A stretch of DNA of 32,000 bases from Pseudomonas aeruginosa (GCF_001457615.1 NZ_LN831024.1:4380001-4412000); one strand, 5' to 3'. Counted from the stretch's first letter, positions 12,108 to 22,058 are shown. The notes: a model not told the origin generated them from the letters alone. Numbers and translations: made by a program.

Positions 12108-12989
12108 TCAGTTGCCCTGGGCCAGGGACAGCAGGCTGGCGCGCTGGGTATAGAGCACTTCGACGCGACGGTTCTGGGCGCGGCCGGCAGCGCTGGCGTT
12201 GTCCGCGCGCGGCATGTCGGAACCGACCCCCTTCAGGCGCAATTGGTCGCCTTTCAGGCCGCTGAGGCGGAAGATCGCCGCCACCGACTGGGCACGCTCG
12301 AAGCTCAGCTTGTCGTTGACCGCCTTGCTGCCGGTGCTGTCGGTATGGCCGAGTACCAGGATACCGCTCTGCGGATCGGCCTGGGCCATCTTGGCGACCT
12401 TGCCCAGCGGGTTGAGGGTGATCGGCATCAGCATGGTGTGGCGCTTGGGATTGAACGAGTAGTCGGCGGGGGCGATGACGATCAATGCGTTGTCGCGGCG
12501 TTCGAGGGTGAACTCGCTACCGGCGATCGCTTCGCGCAGGGCTTTCTCATGGGCATCCAGCCACTCCTTGGTGACCTTCTGCTGGACCAGTGCCGGCTTG
12601 CCCGACGCCTTGCTCGCCGAGCTGGCGCCGAACGGCCACCACCAGGGGTTGGCGGCCTTCGGCTCGGCTGCGGCGGCGACTTCTTTCTTCGCCGCGGCGA
12701 TCTCGGCCTTCTGCTCCGCAGCCTTGGCGGCTACGTCCCGACCGCCTTCGTCCTTGCCGAACGGCCACCACCAGTGGCTGGAGCCGACATGCTCGGCTTC
12801 GGCCTTCTGTTCCGTGGCCTGCTTGGCGACGGTCTGTCCGTCGTCCTTGCCGAACGGCCACCATGAATGGCTGGAAGCCTGCTCGGCCGGAGCCTTGGCT
12901 GGCTGCGAGGAAGCGTCCTGGGTCTGGAAATAGCTGCAGCCGGAGGCGGTCATGCAGAGAAGAAGCGTCGAGGTCTTAAGCAGTTTCAT
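12108..12989 (-). CDS. OmpA-family peptidoglycan-associated lipoprotein-like protein, 293 aa
   Basis: Lipobox-like LCMTASGC; C-terminal OmpA-like domain ([55 protein letters not shown]...[12 protein letters not shown]). Confidence 0.93.
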   Translation of the reverse strand: MKLLKTSTLLLCMTASGCSYFQTQDASSQPAKAPAEQASSHSWWPFGKDDGQTVAKQATEQKAEAEHVGSSHWWWPFGKDEGGRDVAAKAAEQKAEIAAAKKEVAAAAEPKAANPWWWPFGASSASKASGKPALVQQKVTKEWLDAHEKALREAIAGSEFTLERRDNALIVIAPADYSFNPKRHTMLMPITLNPLGKVAKMAQADPQSGILVLGHTDSTGSKAVNDKLSFERAQSVAAIFRLSGLKGDQLRLKGVGSDMPRADNASAAGRAQNRRVEVLYTQRASLLSLAQGN

Positions 12990-13194
12990 ACGTCGGGGTC
13001 CGTTGGAAGTGAAAGAAGGCGAGCCCGATGGAACATTCGGCTCAACCGCCGGTCACATCGCAGCGATGCCGGAGTCGATCCACTGCCCCGGCAACGCCCT
13101 ATCTCATACGACGCTTTAGATTGTGTCGCTAAGCCATTATTTGGCAATGAAATTTAGCGTCGAGCCGACAAGCGGTTAAAAGTTAACCAACGGA

Positions 13195-14340
13195 TTACAG
13201 ACACTCCCCCGCGACACGCGCCAGCTGCTGCGCCCGCGGATCCATCAGCACATACGGCCCCAAGGCGTTGCTGACAAAGGAAAAAGCCAGGTCGCGCTCG
13301 GGATCGGCGAAGCCGATCGAGCCACCCGCCCCAGGGTGGCCGAAGGCCTTGGGGCCGAGTCCGTAGGTCGCATTGGCCACGCCCGGTTGGTCGAGCATGG
13401 TGCCGAGGCCGAAGCGGGTCCGGGTCAGCAAGGTCCGATCCTCGCCTACCGCGTGTTCGTGGGCCAACTGGCCCAGCAGTTCATCTTCCAGCAAACGTCC
13501 CCGCAACAGGCCGCTATAGAAGCCGGCGAGCGCGCGCGCGTTGCCATGGCCATTGGCGGCCGGCTGCTGCATGCGTCGCCATTCCGGCTTGTTGGTGCTG
13601 GTGAGGATCGACGGCGGATTGGTGAAGGCACGGGTGGTCAGCGCCAATGGCTCGCTCATCATGGTCTTCAGCATGCGCTGGGCGGCAGCGTCGCCGAGGC
13701 TGCCCTTGCTCCGTGCCATGTGGGCGACGCGGCCGAACTGGCTGTCGTCCAGGCCGACATGGAAATCCAGGCCCAGCGGTGCCGCGGTGCGCGCCACGAT
13801 GGCCTCGCCCGGCTCGCGGCCGTCGACCCGGCGGATCACCTCGCCGAGCAGCCAGCCATAGGTAATCGGTGCATAGCCGTGCGCTTCGCCAGGCGTCCAC
13901 CAGGGCTCCTCGGCGGCCAGTGCCGTGGTCATCGCCTGCCAGTCGTAGAGTGCCTCGGGCGGCATCTGCTCGCGCAGCGCCGGCAGGCCGGCGCGATGGC
14001 AGAGCAACTGGCGCACGCTGATCGCTGCCTTGCCGGCCGCGGCGAACTCGGGCCAGTAGCGTGCCACCGGCGCGTCCAGTTCGAGCTTGCCCTCGGCCAC
14101 CAGTTGCAGCACGGCAACGGCGGTGAAGGTCTTGGTGCAGGAGAACAGATTGAGGATGGTGTCGCGCTGCCAGGGCTGCTCGCCGTCCTTGTCCGCGACG
14201 CCGCCCCAGAGGTCGACCACCGTCTCGCCACCGACCTCCAGGCACAACGCCGCGCCGCGCTCCTGCGGATTGTCGAAAAGCCGGGCGAAGGCCTCGGCAA
14301 GCGGGGCGAAACGGCTGTCACAGTGGCCTTGGGGCGTCAT
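13195..14340 (-). CDS. Serine beta-lactamase-like / esterase (class C, EstB-like) protein, 381 aa
   Basis: FSCTKTFTAVAVLQLV matches the SxxK active-site motif of the beta-lactamase/PBP-like family; also YAPITYGWLLGEVIRRVDG and FGHPGAGGSIGFADPERDLAFSFV. Start placed at 14340 (MTPQGHCDSRFAPLAEAF). Confidence 0.88.
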   Translation of the reverse strand: MTPQGHCDSRFAPLAEAFARLFDNPQERGAALCLEVGGETVVDLWGGVADKDGEQPWQRDTILNLFSCTKTFTAVAVLQLVAEGKLELDAPVARYWPEFAAAGKAAISVRQLLCHRAGLPALREQMPPEALYDWQAMTTALAAEEPWWTPGEAHGYAPITYGWLLGEVIRRVDGREPGEAIVARTAAPLGLDFHVGLDDSQFGRVAHMARSKGSLGDAAAQRMLKTMMSEPLALTTRAFTNPPSILTSTNKPEWRRMQQPAANGHGNARALAGFYSGLLRGRLLEDELLGQLAHEHAVGEDRTLLTRTRFGLGTMLDQPGVANATYGLGPKAFGHPGAGGSIGFADPERDLAFSFVSNALGPYVLMDPRAQQLARVAGECL

Positions 14341-14449
14341 GGGCAAGTTCCGGTGGGAAAGTGGTCGGGGCATTCTTCCAGCCCTCGGCGGCCTTGTGAA
14401 CCCTGACATAAGAGGGGTTCGCCGCAAGCGGGCGGCGGTGAATGCGCGC

Positions 14450-16699
14450 TCATGAACCGGCTGAATCCTCGCGCGGCGGCAGAGGCTCGACGGCAGGCAT
14501 GGACCTGGCCATCGCCGACAGTCGCGACAGGGCGGCAAGGTTGCTTCGGCGCACCGTGTCGACGAAGCCGGCGAACGGCAAGCCCGTGATCCCGACCAGG
14601 CCGATATGGCCGTTCTCGCCGTCCAGCAGACGCCCGCTGGCCGGTTGGTCGAGGTACTGGAACCAGTGGGCGCCGACGATATACGGACTCTTCAGCGCCG
14701 CCTCCAGGAACGTTCGGTAGGAGTCGCCGCGCGCCCGCTCATTGGCCGCCTCGCTGACACCACCCCAGAACGGACCGCGATCCCGCGAGCCGAAGTGGAA
14801 CTCGCTGATCAGCACCGGCTTGTCCAGCCGCGCCAGCAGGGAGTCGTCCAGGCCCTGCCCGGGCAACGGCGTATAGAGGTTGAAACTGAGCAGGTCGCAA
14901 TACCGGGCGCAGGAGGTGATCGCCTCGGGAGTGCTGACGGCGAAGCGGCCGCCGAGCAGGAGGTGGTTCGGTGCGTGCCATTGCAGGGCGTCGCGCAGGG
15001 TCTTGAAGTAAGCGTCGGCATACAGCCGGAGGAAGGCGCTGTAGTCCTCGGCGATGGCCGGATGCCCCTCGCCCGGCAGCGGAGCCGCGTAGCCCGGCGC
15101 CTCCAGGGCCTCCCAGGCGGCCAGCTCGATGCCCCAGGCCTCGGCCAATGCCTCATGGCCCAGGTACTTGGCTTTCAATTGCTTGACGAAGGCGCGCTTC
15201 GCCGGACTGTCCATGGACAGCGTCAAGGCTCCGAAAGCGAGGCCGTAGCGCGCCTGGGCCGAGCCGTCGCGCCCGGCCCAGGCCAGTTCGTTGTCGGCGT
15301 AGTAGCCGAGCAGCCAGGGATCGTCGCGGTGGTCGCGAGCAGCGATGGCGATGACGCGCTCGGCGGCCATGGCGAAGCGCGGGTCGAAGGGATCGGGCAT
15401 GGCTCCCCACCAGTCGAAACCGCTGCTGACCGTGGCGTAGTCGCCGGCGATCGACAGCGGCAGGCTGTAGGGCATCCGCGCCTGTGCGGCGAGCGCCGGA
15501 TCGCTCCAGTTGCCGAGGCTGTTGAAACCCCATGCCGAGAGGCGCTCCAGGGTGCGCTGGCGCCATTCGCCGGCGAGCTGGTCGGCACTCGCCTGGGGAG
15601 CGATGCGCTGGCGATTGGCACCGAGGAAATCGAACCAGCGGCCATGCCCGAAGCGCCGCCCGGCCTGCGCGGCGACGCCGCGGCGGTCGTCGCCCTCACC
15701 GAAGAATGCGGCCAGCGGCTCACCCTCCGCCGGCAGTTCGGCGAACATCGGCTCGCGTCCCTCGACGTAGGTCCGGCTGCCGTCGGCGGTCACCGCATTA
15801 ACGCCCAGCGACCAGAACGGATGTCCTTCCGGAGTAACCAGCCACCAGCGCCCGCCACGTTTTTCCGTGCGGAAGAAACCGCTGGCTTCGAACACCGGCC
15901 CACCCAGCAGGCCGCCGAAACGGTCGCGCGCCGGTGTCTGCCGCTCCCAGTCGCGGAGCTGTGCGGCCTCGGCCGCATAGGCGCTGCGCAACTGTTCGTC
16001 GGAACGAATCTTTTCCGGCCAGTCGGCGCGGCTGTACTGGCCATAACGATCGATCAGGCCGGTCAGGATGCTCCGCTCCACCGCCCTCCCTGCGCGTATG
16101 CCGAAACGTCCGAGCAGGATGCTCTGGGGAGCTTGCGGCGAGCGCAGGGACAGGCTCAGCGCCCCGACCCTGGCGCGGTCCAGCGAGCCCTCCACGCGTG
16201 GCGCCAGCAGCATCCGCTGGCCTTCGACCATCTGCGGCATCGGCGGCCCCGCACGCATGCCCAGAGCCTCTGGCGAAACCGCCCGCAACGGCACCAGCAG
16301 GGTCTGCGGCGGGCCTGCCGGAAGCTCTATGGATGCCTGCAACCCCGGCGCGCCCTGCTCGCCCTCGATCGCGACCTCCAGGGTCATGTCCCAGCTCATG
16401 GCGTTCTGGATGCGCAGGCTCACGTAGTCCGCTGCGGACCAGTCCCAACGGCCCTGCGCCGGACTCATGCGCAAGGTGGGCCGTTGCGCCGGGCTGAAGG
16501 TGACGCGACGGAGAATGTCGCCCTCCGGGGTGGCCTCCGCCGTCGCGCTGGGCAGGTCGGCATCCTCAAGGGTGATGCCGACCACGGCCATTGGCTTGAC
16601 GAAGTTGAACAGCACCTGCTGAGTGTCGCTCGCCGCCAGCGGCGTGGCCACCGCGAGCAGGCCGAGAAGCAGGGGAAGATGCCAACGCGAACGGATCAT
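14450..16699 (-). CDS. Large exported agarase-like / putative glycoside hydrolase
   Basis: Signal peptide MIRSRWHLPLLLGLLAVATPLAA; GHPFWSLGVNAVTADGSRTYVEGREPMF...WGFNSLGNWSDP and ...NHLLLGGRFAV...PVLISEFHFGSRDRGPFWGG resemble TIM-barrel beta-agarase/beta-galactosidase-like enzymes. Confidence 0.8.
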   Translation of the reverse strand: MIRSRWHLPLLLGLLAVATPLAASDTQQVLFNFVKPMAVVGITLEDADLPSATAEATPEGDILRRVTFSPAQRPTLRMSPAQGRWDWSAADYVSLRIQNAMSWDMTLEVAIEGEQGAPGLQASIELPAGPPQTLLVPLRAVSPEALGMRAGPPMPQMVEGQRMLLAPRVEGSLDRARVGALSLSLRSPQAPQSILLGRFGIRAGRAVERSILTGLIDRYGQYSRADWPEKIRSDEQLRSAYAAEAAQLRDWERQTPARDRFGGLLGGPVFEASGFFRTEKRGGRWWLVTPEGHPFWSLGVNAVTADGSRTYVEGREPMFAELPAEGEPLAAFFGEGDDRRGVAAQAGRRFGHGRWFDFLGANRQRIAPQASADQLAGEWRQRTLERLSAWGFNSLGNWSDPALAAQARMPYSLPLSIAGDYATVSSGFDWWGAMPDPFDPRFAMAAERVIAIAARDHRDDPWLLGYYADNELAWAGRDGSAQARYGLAFGALTLSMDSPAKRAFVKQLKAKYLGHEALAEAWGIELAAWEALEAPGYAAPLPGEGHPAIAEDYSAFLRLYADAYFKTLRDALQWHAPNHLLLGGRFAVSTPEAITSCARYCDLLSFNLYTPLPGQGLDDSLLARLDKPVLISEFHFGSRDRGPFWGGVSEAANERARGDSYRTFLEAALKSPYIVGAHWFQYLDQPASGRLLDGENGHIGLVGITGLPFAGFVDTVRRSNLAALSRLSAMARSMPAVEPLPPREDSAGS

Positions 16700-16801
16700 G
16701 AAGCCTGTTTTCCTTAACTCCATCCCGGCCTGGGCAAATGCCGGGAATTCCTGATGCGGCTCGGACGTGAAGGCTGGCGCCCTCCCGCGCAGGCCAGCGC
16801 G

Positions 16802-18946
16802 TCAGGCGATTTCCCGGCGGAACGGCGGCAATGCATTGAGGATAGCCTTGCCGTAGCGCTGGGTGACCACGCGGCGGTCCAGCAGGGTGATGGTGCCGCG
16901 GTCCTGCTCGGTGCGCAGCAGCCGCCCGCAGGCCTGGACCAACCGCAGCGAGGCGTCTGGCACGGCGATCTCCATGAACGGATTGCCGCCGCGCGCCTCG
17001 ATCCACTCGGCCAGCGCCGCCTCCACCGGGTCGTCGGGTACCGCGAAGGGAATCTTGGCGATCACCACGTGTTCGCAATAGGCCCCCGGCAGGTCCACGC
17101 CTTCGGCGAAACTGGCGAGGCCGAAGAGCACGCTGTCCTCGCCGTCGTCGACTCGCGACTTGTGCTTGTTCAGGGTTTCCTGCTTGGACAGGTTGCCCTG
17201 GATGAACACCCGCTTGCGCCAGTCGCGGTCGAGACCGTCGAAGACTTCCTGCATCTGCTTGCGCGAGGAGAACAGCACCAGGCTGCCGCGCGCGCCCTTC
17301 ACCAGTTCCGGCAGCTCGCGAATGATCGCCGCGGTGTGCTCGGCGGCGTTGCGCGGATCCGCCTTGAGGTCGGGGACCCGCAATACCCCGGCCTCGGCAT
17401 GGTGGAAGGGGCTCGGCACCACCGCGGTGACCGCGTTGCGCGGCAGGCCCGCGCGCATGCGGTAGCGGTCGAAGGTGCCCAACGCGGTCAGGGTCGCCGA
17501 GGTCACCAGCACGCCATAGGCGACGTTCCACAGGTTGCGGCGCAGGGTCTCGGCGGCGAGGATCGGGCTGGCGTTGGCTTCGATGTCGTAGAAGCTGCCG
17601 CTCTCGGCGAGGGTCAGCCAGCGCGCCATCGGCGGGCTGTCCTGCGGGTCCTCGCAGGTGAAGGCGGTCCACAGTTCCCAGTTGCCCTGGGCGCGCGCCA
17701 AAAGACTACCGAACAGCGGGTACCACTCCTCCGCCTGGTGGCTGGCGATGCCGCCGGCGCCTTCGCCGTCCATCGCCTCCTTGAGGATATCGGTGAGGCG
17801 GGTGAACAGGTCGGTCAGCTTGGAGAAGCCTTTCTTCAGCTCGATGCCCATCTCGCGGATATGCTCGGGGACCACCCCGCCGACGAAACGGTGACGCGGC
17901 CGCTCGCGACCTTCCATGTCCTCGCCGGCGCGGAAATCGCCGATCTCTTCGCAGGCGGTGAACATGAACTGCTGCTGGGTCTTGATCTCCCGGGCCAGCT
18001 CCGGCACCTGTTCGATCAGGCGGCCGAGGTCGCCCGGCAGCGGGTGCTGGGCGAGCAGCTTGGTGAGGTTCTTGGCGATCTGCTCCAGCCAGTCGGCGGT
18101 AGCGCGCAGGCGGGTGAAATGGGCGAAATGGCCAATCGCCTTGTCCGGCAGGTGATGGCCCTCGTCGAACACGTAGAGGGTCTCGCGCGGATCGGGCAGG
18201 ATGGCGCCGCCGCCCAGGGCCAGGTCAGCCAGGACCAGGTCGTGGTTGGTGACGATCACGTCGACCTTGGTCATCCCTTCGCGCGCCTTGTAGAAGGCGC
18301 ACTGCTGGAAGTTCGGGCAATGTCGGTTGGTGCACTGGCTGTGATCGGTGGTGAGCTGCGCCCAATGCGCGTCGTCGATCGCCTCCGGCCAGCTGTCGCG
18401 GTCGCCGTCCCAGCGGTTGCCGGCCAGGCGTTCGATCATCTGGTTGAACAGCTTGCTGCTGGTCTCGTCGACATCGATGTTGAAACCGTCGTCGGCGAAC
18501 AGTTGCGCCGTCGCGCTCTGCGCCTGGCCTTCCTGCAGCAGCACGTCGAGCTTGGACAGGCACAGGTAGCGCCCGCGGCCCTTGGCCAGGGCGAAGCTGA
18601 AGGCCAGCCCGCTGTTGCGCAGCAGGTCGGGAAGATCCTTGTGGACGATCTGCTCCTGCAGGGCGACGGTCGCGGTGGCTATCACCAGGCGCTTGCCACT
18701 GGCCTTGGCGCAGGCGATCGCCGCCAGGCTGTAGGCCACGGTCTTGCCGGTACCGGTTCCGGCCTCCACCGCGACCACCGCCGGCTCGCCCTCGCGGTGC
18801 CCCTCCTCGTCCTCCTTGATCGCGCCGAGGGCCTTGGCCACTTCGGCGATCATCAGGCGCTGGCCATAGCGAGGCTTCAGCTCCTTGGCTTCGAGAAAGC
18901 GGGTGTAGGCACCCTGGATCTGGGACTTGAGTTCGGCGCTGAGCAT
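16802..18946 (-). CDS. dinG: DinG-type ATP-dependent DNA helicase, 714 aa
   Basis: Walker A VEAGTGTGKTVAYSLAA, Fe-S cluster-type cysteines (DHSQCTNRHCPNFQQCAFYKAR), DEGH box (YVFDEGHHLPD), motif VI QACGRLLRTEQDRG. The in-frame extension to 19684 lacks homology and overlaps the next gene. Confidence 0.94.
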   Translation of the reverse strand: MLSAELKSQIQGAYTRFLEAKELKPRYGQRLMIAEVAKALGAIKEDEEGHREGEPAVVAVEAGTGTGKTVAYSLAAIACAKASGKRLVIATATVALQEQIVHKDLPDLLRNSGLAFSFALAKGRGRYLCLSKLDVLLQEGQAQSATAQLFADDGFNIDVDETSSKLFNQMIERLAGNRWDGDRDSWPEAIDDAHWAQLTTDHSQCTNRHCPNFQQCAFYKAREGMTKVDVIVTNHDLVLADLALGGGAILPDPRETLYVFDEGHHLPDKAIGHFAHFTRLRATADWLEQIAKNLTKLLAQHPLPGDLGRLIEQVPELAREIKTQQQFMFTACEEIGDFRAGEDMEGRERPRHRFVGGVVPEHIREMGIELKKGFSKLTDLFTRLTDILKEAMDGEGAGGIASHQAEEWYPLFGSLLARAQGNWELWTAFTCEDPQDSPPMARWLTLAESGSFYDIEANASPILAAETLRRNLWNVAYGVLVTSATLTALGTFDRYRMRAGLPRNAVTAVVPSPFHHAEAGVLRVPDLKADPRNAAEHTAAIIRELPELVKGARGSLVLFSSRKQMQEVFDGLDRDWRKRVFIQGNLSKQETLNKHKSRVDDGEDSVLFGLASFAEGVDLPGAYCEHVVIAKIPFAVPDDPVEAALAEWIEARGGNPFMEIAVPDASLRLVQACGRLLRTEQDRGTITLLDRRVVTQRYGKAILNALPPFRREIA

Positions 18947-19075
18947 GGAATTCCTGGGCCCGGCGCGCAGCGGAAGACGAATCCGCCGGCGCGCCATAGC
19001 TGGATAAATTTTCAGTGGTTCGACAGGGCGGCTATGATAACGCGCTTCGTCACAACCGCCAGCGGAGATCGCCGA

Positions 19076-19540
19076 ATGACCCCCTACGCCCTCGTCTACG
19101 CCCTGCATGTCCTGGCCGCCCTGGTCTGGGTCGGAGGCATGTTCTTCGCCTGGACGATTCTTCGTCCGGCGGCCGTCGCCGCGCTGGAGGCCCCAGCCCG
19201 CCTGGGCCTGTGGCTGGAGGTGTTCCGCCGTTTCTTCCATTGGGTCTGGGCTGCGGTGATCCTGCTGCCGATCAGCGGCGTCGGCATGCTGCACCTGAGC
19301 TTCAACGGTTTCGCCGGCGCGCCGCGCTACGTACAGGTAATGATGGGGCTCTACGTCGCCATGCTGGCACTGTTCCTGCGGGTGCAGGCGCTGCAAGTGC
19401 CGGAACTGCGCCGCGCGGTGCAGGCCCAGGACTGGCCGGCAGGCGGGCAGGCGCTGGGGAAGATCCGCCGCACCGTCGGCTTCAACCTGCTCCTCGGCCT
19501 GTTGCTGATAGCCCTGGTAGCGGCACGCCCGAGCCTCTGA
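19076..19540 (+). CDS. CopD-like / small four-TM heme-copper related membrane protein, 154 aa
   Basis: MTPYALVYALHVLAALVWVGGMFFAWTILRPAAVAAL...FFHWVWAAVILLPISGVGMLHLSF... matches the CopD/DUF family of His-rich TM proteins. Divergent from dinG. Confidence 0.85.
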   Translation: MTPYALVYALHVLAALVWVGGMFFAWTILRPAAVAALEAPARLGLWLEVFRRFFHWVWAAVILLPISGVGMLHLSFNGFAGAPRYVQVMMGLYVAMLALFLRVQALQVPELRRAVQAQDWPAGGQALGKIRRTVGFNLLLGLLLIALVAARPSL

Positions 19541-19578
19541 ACCGGCGATGCGCCGGAAGCCGTGCTGCCGGCCTCTCC

Positions 19579-20388
19579 TCAGAAGCGCACGACGTCCAGG
19601 CTGCCGTCGCTGCCGTTGGTGCCGTTCGCGCCGTCCTCTCCGCTGCGCCCCGCACGACCGGCATCCACCGAGTAGATCCAGCAACCGGTGGCGTTATCCG
19701 CCGCACCCGGTTTGCCGGCCTTGCCTCCAGCGCCGCCGACGCCGCCTTGCAGACGGGTTTGCAAGCGCTCCAGAGGAAAATCGCCCGGCACTTCCAGACG
19801 AATCCGACCGCCCGCCCCGCCCGGACCGCCGTCGCTTCCGGATTGGCCGTCGCCACCTTTCAGCGCGCTGCCCCAGAGGCAGCCGGAGGCCTTGCCGGAA
19901 GCCCCGTCCAGGCCATCGTAGCCTGGAGCGCCGACGCCACCGCGGGCGTCCAGCAGCAGGCTTTCCACCTCCACCGCCTGCAGGCGCAAGGTCAGGTCGC
20001 GGCCGTTACCGGCGCTTTGCCGGAAGGTGCCGGTCGCGCCGGGCGCGGAAATGATGCTGCCATCGGCCAGGCGGCCGCTGACGACTTCGATGCTGATTCG
20101 CTCCTCGCCTGGCGCCACGCCGATCCGGGCGTTCTTCGCCATGTGCAGTTCCTCGATGCGCAGGACGCTGACCTCCAGCGGAATCAGCAGGGCGGCATCC
20201 TCGCCGATCTCCACTCTGCGCAGGCGCAGCTCCTGGGCCCGCTTGGGCAGGCGCATCACCGAGTTCGCCTGCACCTTCACGGTTCCGCCGATACCCTGCT
20301 GGCGTGCCGGCGGCGCCTCGGCCGAAAACGCGGCGCCAGCCCAGGCCAGGGGAACGACCAGGAACAATCCGAGCATGGCCTTACGCAT
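19579..20388 (-). CDS. Secreted Gly-rich protein with collagen-like C-terminal half, 269 aa
   Basis: Signal peptide MRKAMLGLFLVVPLAWAGAAFSA; C-terminal Gly-rich stretches GVGAPGYDGLDGASGKASG, GGDGQSGSDGGPGGAGG, GGVGGAGGKAGKPG, AGRAGRSGEDGANGTNGSDG. Confidence 0.85.
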   Translation of the reverse strand: MRKAMLGLFLVVPLAWAGAAFSAEAPPARQQGIGGTVKVQANSVMRLPKRAQELRLRRVEIGEDAALLIPLEVSVLRIEELHMAKNARIGVAPGEERISIEVVSGRLADGSIISAPGATGTFRQSAGNGRDLTLRLQAVEVESLLLDARGGVGAPGYDGLDGASGKASGCLWGSALKGGDGQSGSDGGPGGAGGRIRLEVPGDFPLERLQTRLQGGVGGAGGKAGKPGAADNATGCWIYSVDAGRAGRSGEDGANGTNGSDGSLDVVRF

Positions 20389-20680
20389 GATCGTCCTCCT
20401 TGTCCTGCGGTAACTCGCTGGCCGGGCTCAACGCCGGCAACGCAAGCATGTGGAAGACCCCGAACAGCAAGACCTGGAGACGATCCAGCCAGGGATGCGC
20501 GCGCGCTTTCAGGCGTCCTCCGAGGACGAGAATCTCGATCAGGTGGATCAACAGGATCAGGCCGCCGGCTATCGACAACAGCCAGTTCAGCGGATAGGCG
20601 AACGGATGCAGCAGATTGACCAGCACCGCGCCCCAGAACACCAGGGTCACGAGCTTGCCCAGCCCGAGAAACGCTTTCAT
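20381..20680 (-). CDS. DUF1145-type small integral membrane protein, 99 aa
   Basis: MKAFLGLGKLVTLVFWGAVLVNLLHPFAYPLNWLLSIAGGLILLIHLIEILVL...FHMLALPAL; the 3' end overlaps the start of the collagen-like gene by 8 nt. Confidence 0.83.
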   Translation of the reverse strand: MKAFLGLGKLVTLVFWGAVLVNLLHPFAYPLNWLLSIAGGLILLIHLIEILVLGGRLKARAHPWLDRLQVLLFGVFHMLALPALSPASELPQDKEDDHA

Positions 20681-20753
20681 GGAACTCCCCCCAAGACATC
20701 GTGTGCGGGGGAACATACTCGCCAGCCCGCCGCGGCGCCAGCCATGAACGAAA

Positions 20754-20775
20754 ACGGGGGCTTCGACGCCCCCGT
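20754..20775 (-). terminator. Putative Rho-independent terminator downstream of the 20796-21428 OmpA-family gene
   Basis: Minus-strand ACGGGGGC-GTCGAA-GCCCCCGT followed by TTTC. Confidence 0.7.
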
Positions 20776-20795
20776 TCTGCTCCGCGCCGCCTGCG

Positions 20796-21428
20796 TCATT
20801 CGCGCTTGATGAGGATTTCCACCCGGCGATTCTCGGCCCGCCCTTCGCGAGTCTTGTTGTCGGCGACCGGCTGGCTTTCGCCCAATCCCTGCACGCCGAC
20901 GATGATGCTCGAAGGCACCCCGGCATCAATCAGATAGTTCGCAACGGCATTCGCGCGCCGTTCCGACAGCTTCTGGTTGTAGGCATCGGAACCGACGCTG
21001 TCGGTATGCCCGGTGATACTCAGGCGCGTACTGGCCGCCTCGCCTTTCAGGCGTTCGGCGATGCCGTTGAGCTTCTCGCTGTCGGCGGCGTCCACCTTCG
21101 ACGAATCGAAGGCGAAGTGCAGGTCGCGCACGACAATGGTTTCTTCCTTGACGACGGGAGGCGGCGGCGCGACTTCCTCGACCGGCTGCGGAGGCGGCGG
21201 CGCGACCTGTTCGCCGGCACCGTGCACCCAGCAATAGGCGGCACCGACGCCACCGCCGATCAGGGCGCCCCAGCCGGCCCAGCTGCTGCTTTCGATCGCG
21301 CCCAGGCCGGCGCCGGTAACACCACCGACCGCCGCACAGGTCGGCCAGTCGCTTTTCTGCAACCCTGCGCAACCGGTCAGCAAGCCGCTGACCAGAATCA
21401 GGGGTAAAGCGGTCCTCGTGATGCTCAT
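20796..21428 (-). CDS. OmpA-family lipoprotein, 210 aa
   Basis: Lipobox LVSGLLTGCAG; glycine-rich segment; C-terminal OmpA domain (LHFAFDSSKVDAADSEKLNGIAERLK...ITGHTDSVGSDAYNQKLSERRANAVANYLIDAGV...NRRVEILI). Confidence 0.93.
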   Translation of the reverse strand: MSITRTALPLILVSGLLTGCAGLQKSDWPTCAAVGGVTGAGLGAIESSSWAGWGALIGGGVGAAYCWVHGAGEQVAPPPPQPVEEVAPPPPVVKEETIVVRDLHFAFDSSKVDAADSEKLNGIAERLKGEAASTRLSITGHTDSVGSDAYNQKLSERRANAVANYLIDAGVPSSIIVGVQGLGESQPVADNKTREGRAENRRVEILIKRE

Positions 21429-21558
21429 TGGAACTCTCCTCGTGGATCGGTTGTAACCGACAAATAGGGAGTAAAGACCCCAGCCGAAAAAAGCGCCAGC
21501 ACTAGGCCATGCAGGCGCTTCAGGCTAGTCTTGGCGAATCCCAGGAGAGTGTTTTCCC

Positions 21559-22056
21559 ATGAGCGAACCGATTTCTCCCCGCACCCCGCAGCAGGCCCTG
21601 GCCGCGTTGCTCGCCCGCTACGCGCCGAAGCGCTTGCTGCTGGTCGGCGCCAGCCGGCTGCCGGCGGTGGAGGCCTTCATCCACAACCATCCCCAGTGCC
21701 AACTGGCGCACAGCCCGGCGGCGGCATTGCCCGCCGAACTGGCCGGCCAGCGCTTCGACCTGGCGCTGTTCGTCGATTGCCTGGAACACCTGCCGCAGCG
21801 CACCAGTCTGCAGTTGCTCGCGGGCGTGCGCAACCTGAACGCCAGCCGGGTCGCCGTACTGGTCGACCTCGAGGCCAGCGACTGGCAGGAAACCGACTTC
21901 TTCGCCCTCGCCATGCAGAACAGCGAACGCTTCCAGCGCGAAGGCCAGACGCTGACCCTGTACACCTACGACCTGTACGAGTACAAGCAGGTCCCCGATT
22001 GGCTGAACGCCAAGTTCTGGGCCAACCCGGAAAACTTCGGCAAGTACTGGTGGTAA
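21559..22056 (+). CDS. Conserved Pseudomonas hypothetical (DUF6231-like), 165 aa
   Basis: Intact ORF ending ...[29 protein letters not shown]; immediately upstream of a YchJ-like gene. Confidence 0.8.
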   Translation: MSEPISPRTPQQALAALLARYAPKRLLLVGASRLPAVEAFIHNHPQCQLAHSPAAALPAELAGQRFDLALFVDCLEHLPQRTSLQLLAGVRNLNASRVAVLVDLEASDWQETDFFALAMQNSERFQREGQTLTLYTYDLYEYKQVPDWLNAKFWANPENFGKYWW

Positions 22057-22058
22057 CC

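Noticed and set aside
14606-16717. 703-aa plus-strand ORF
   Set aside because: Lies antisense to the agarase-like gene and is low-complexity (VEAEQVAIPG.., AETVARR..); high-GC third-position artifact.
16754-18950. Long plus-strand reading frame (5' part of the 928-aa ORF) opposite dinG
   Set aside because: Only the 3' end of this ORF from 19076 looks like a real protein (CopD-like). The rest is a Gln/Glu/Gly-rich antisense shadow of dinG.
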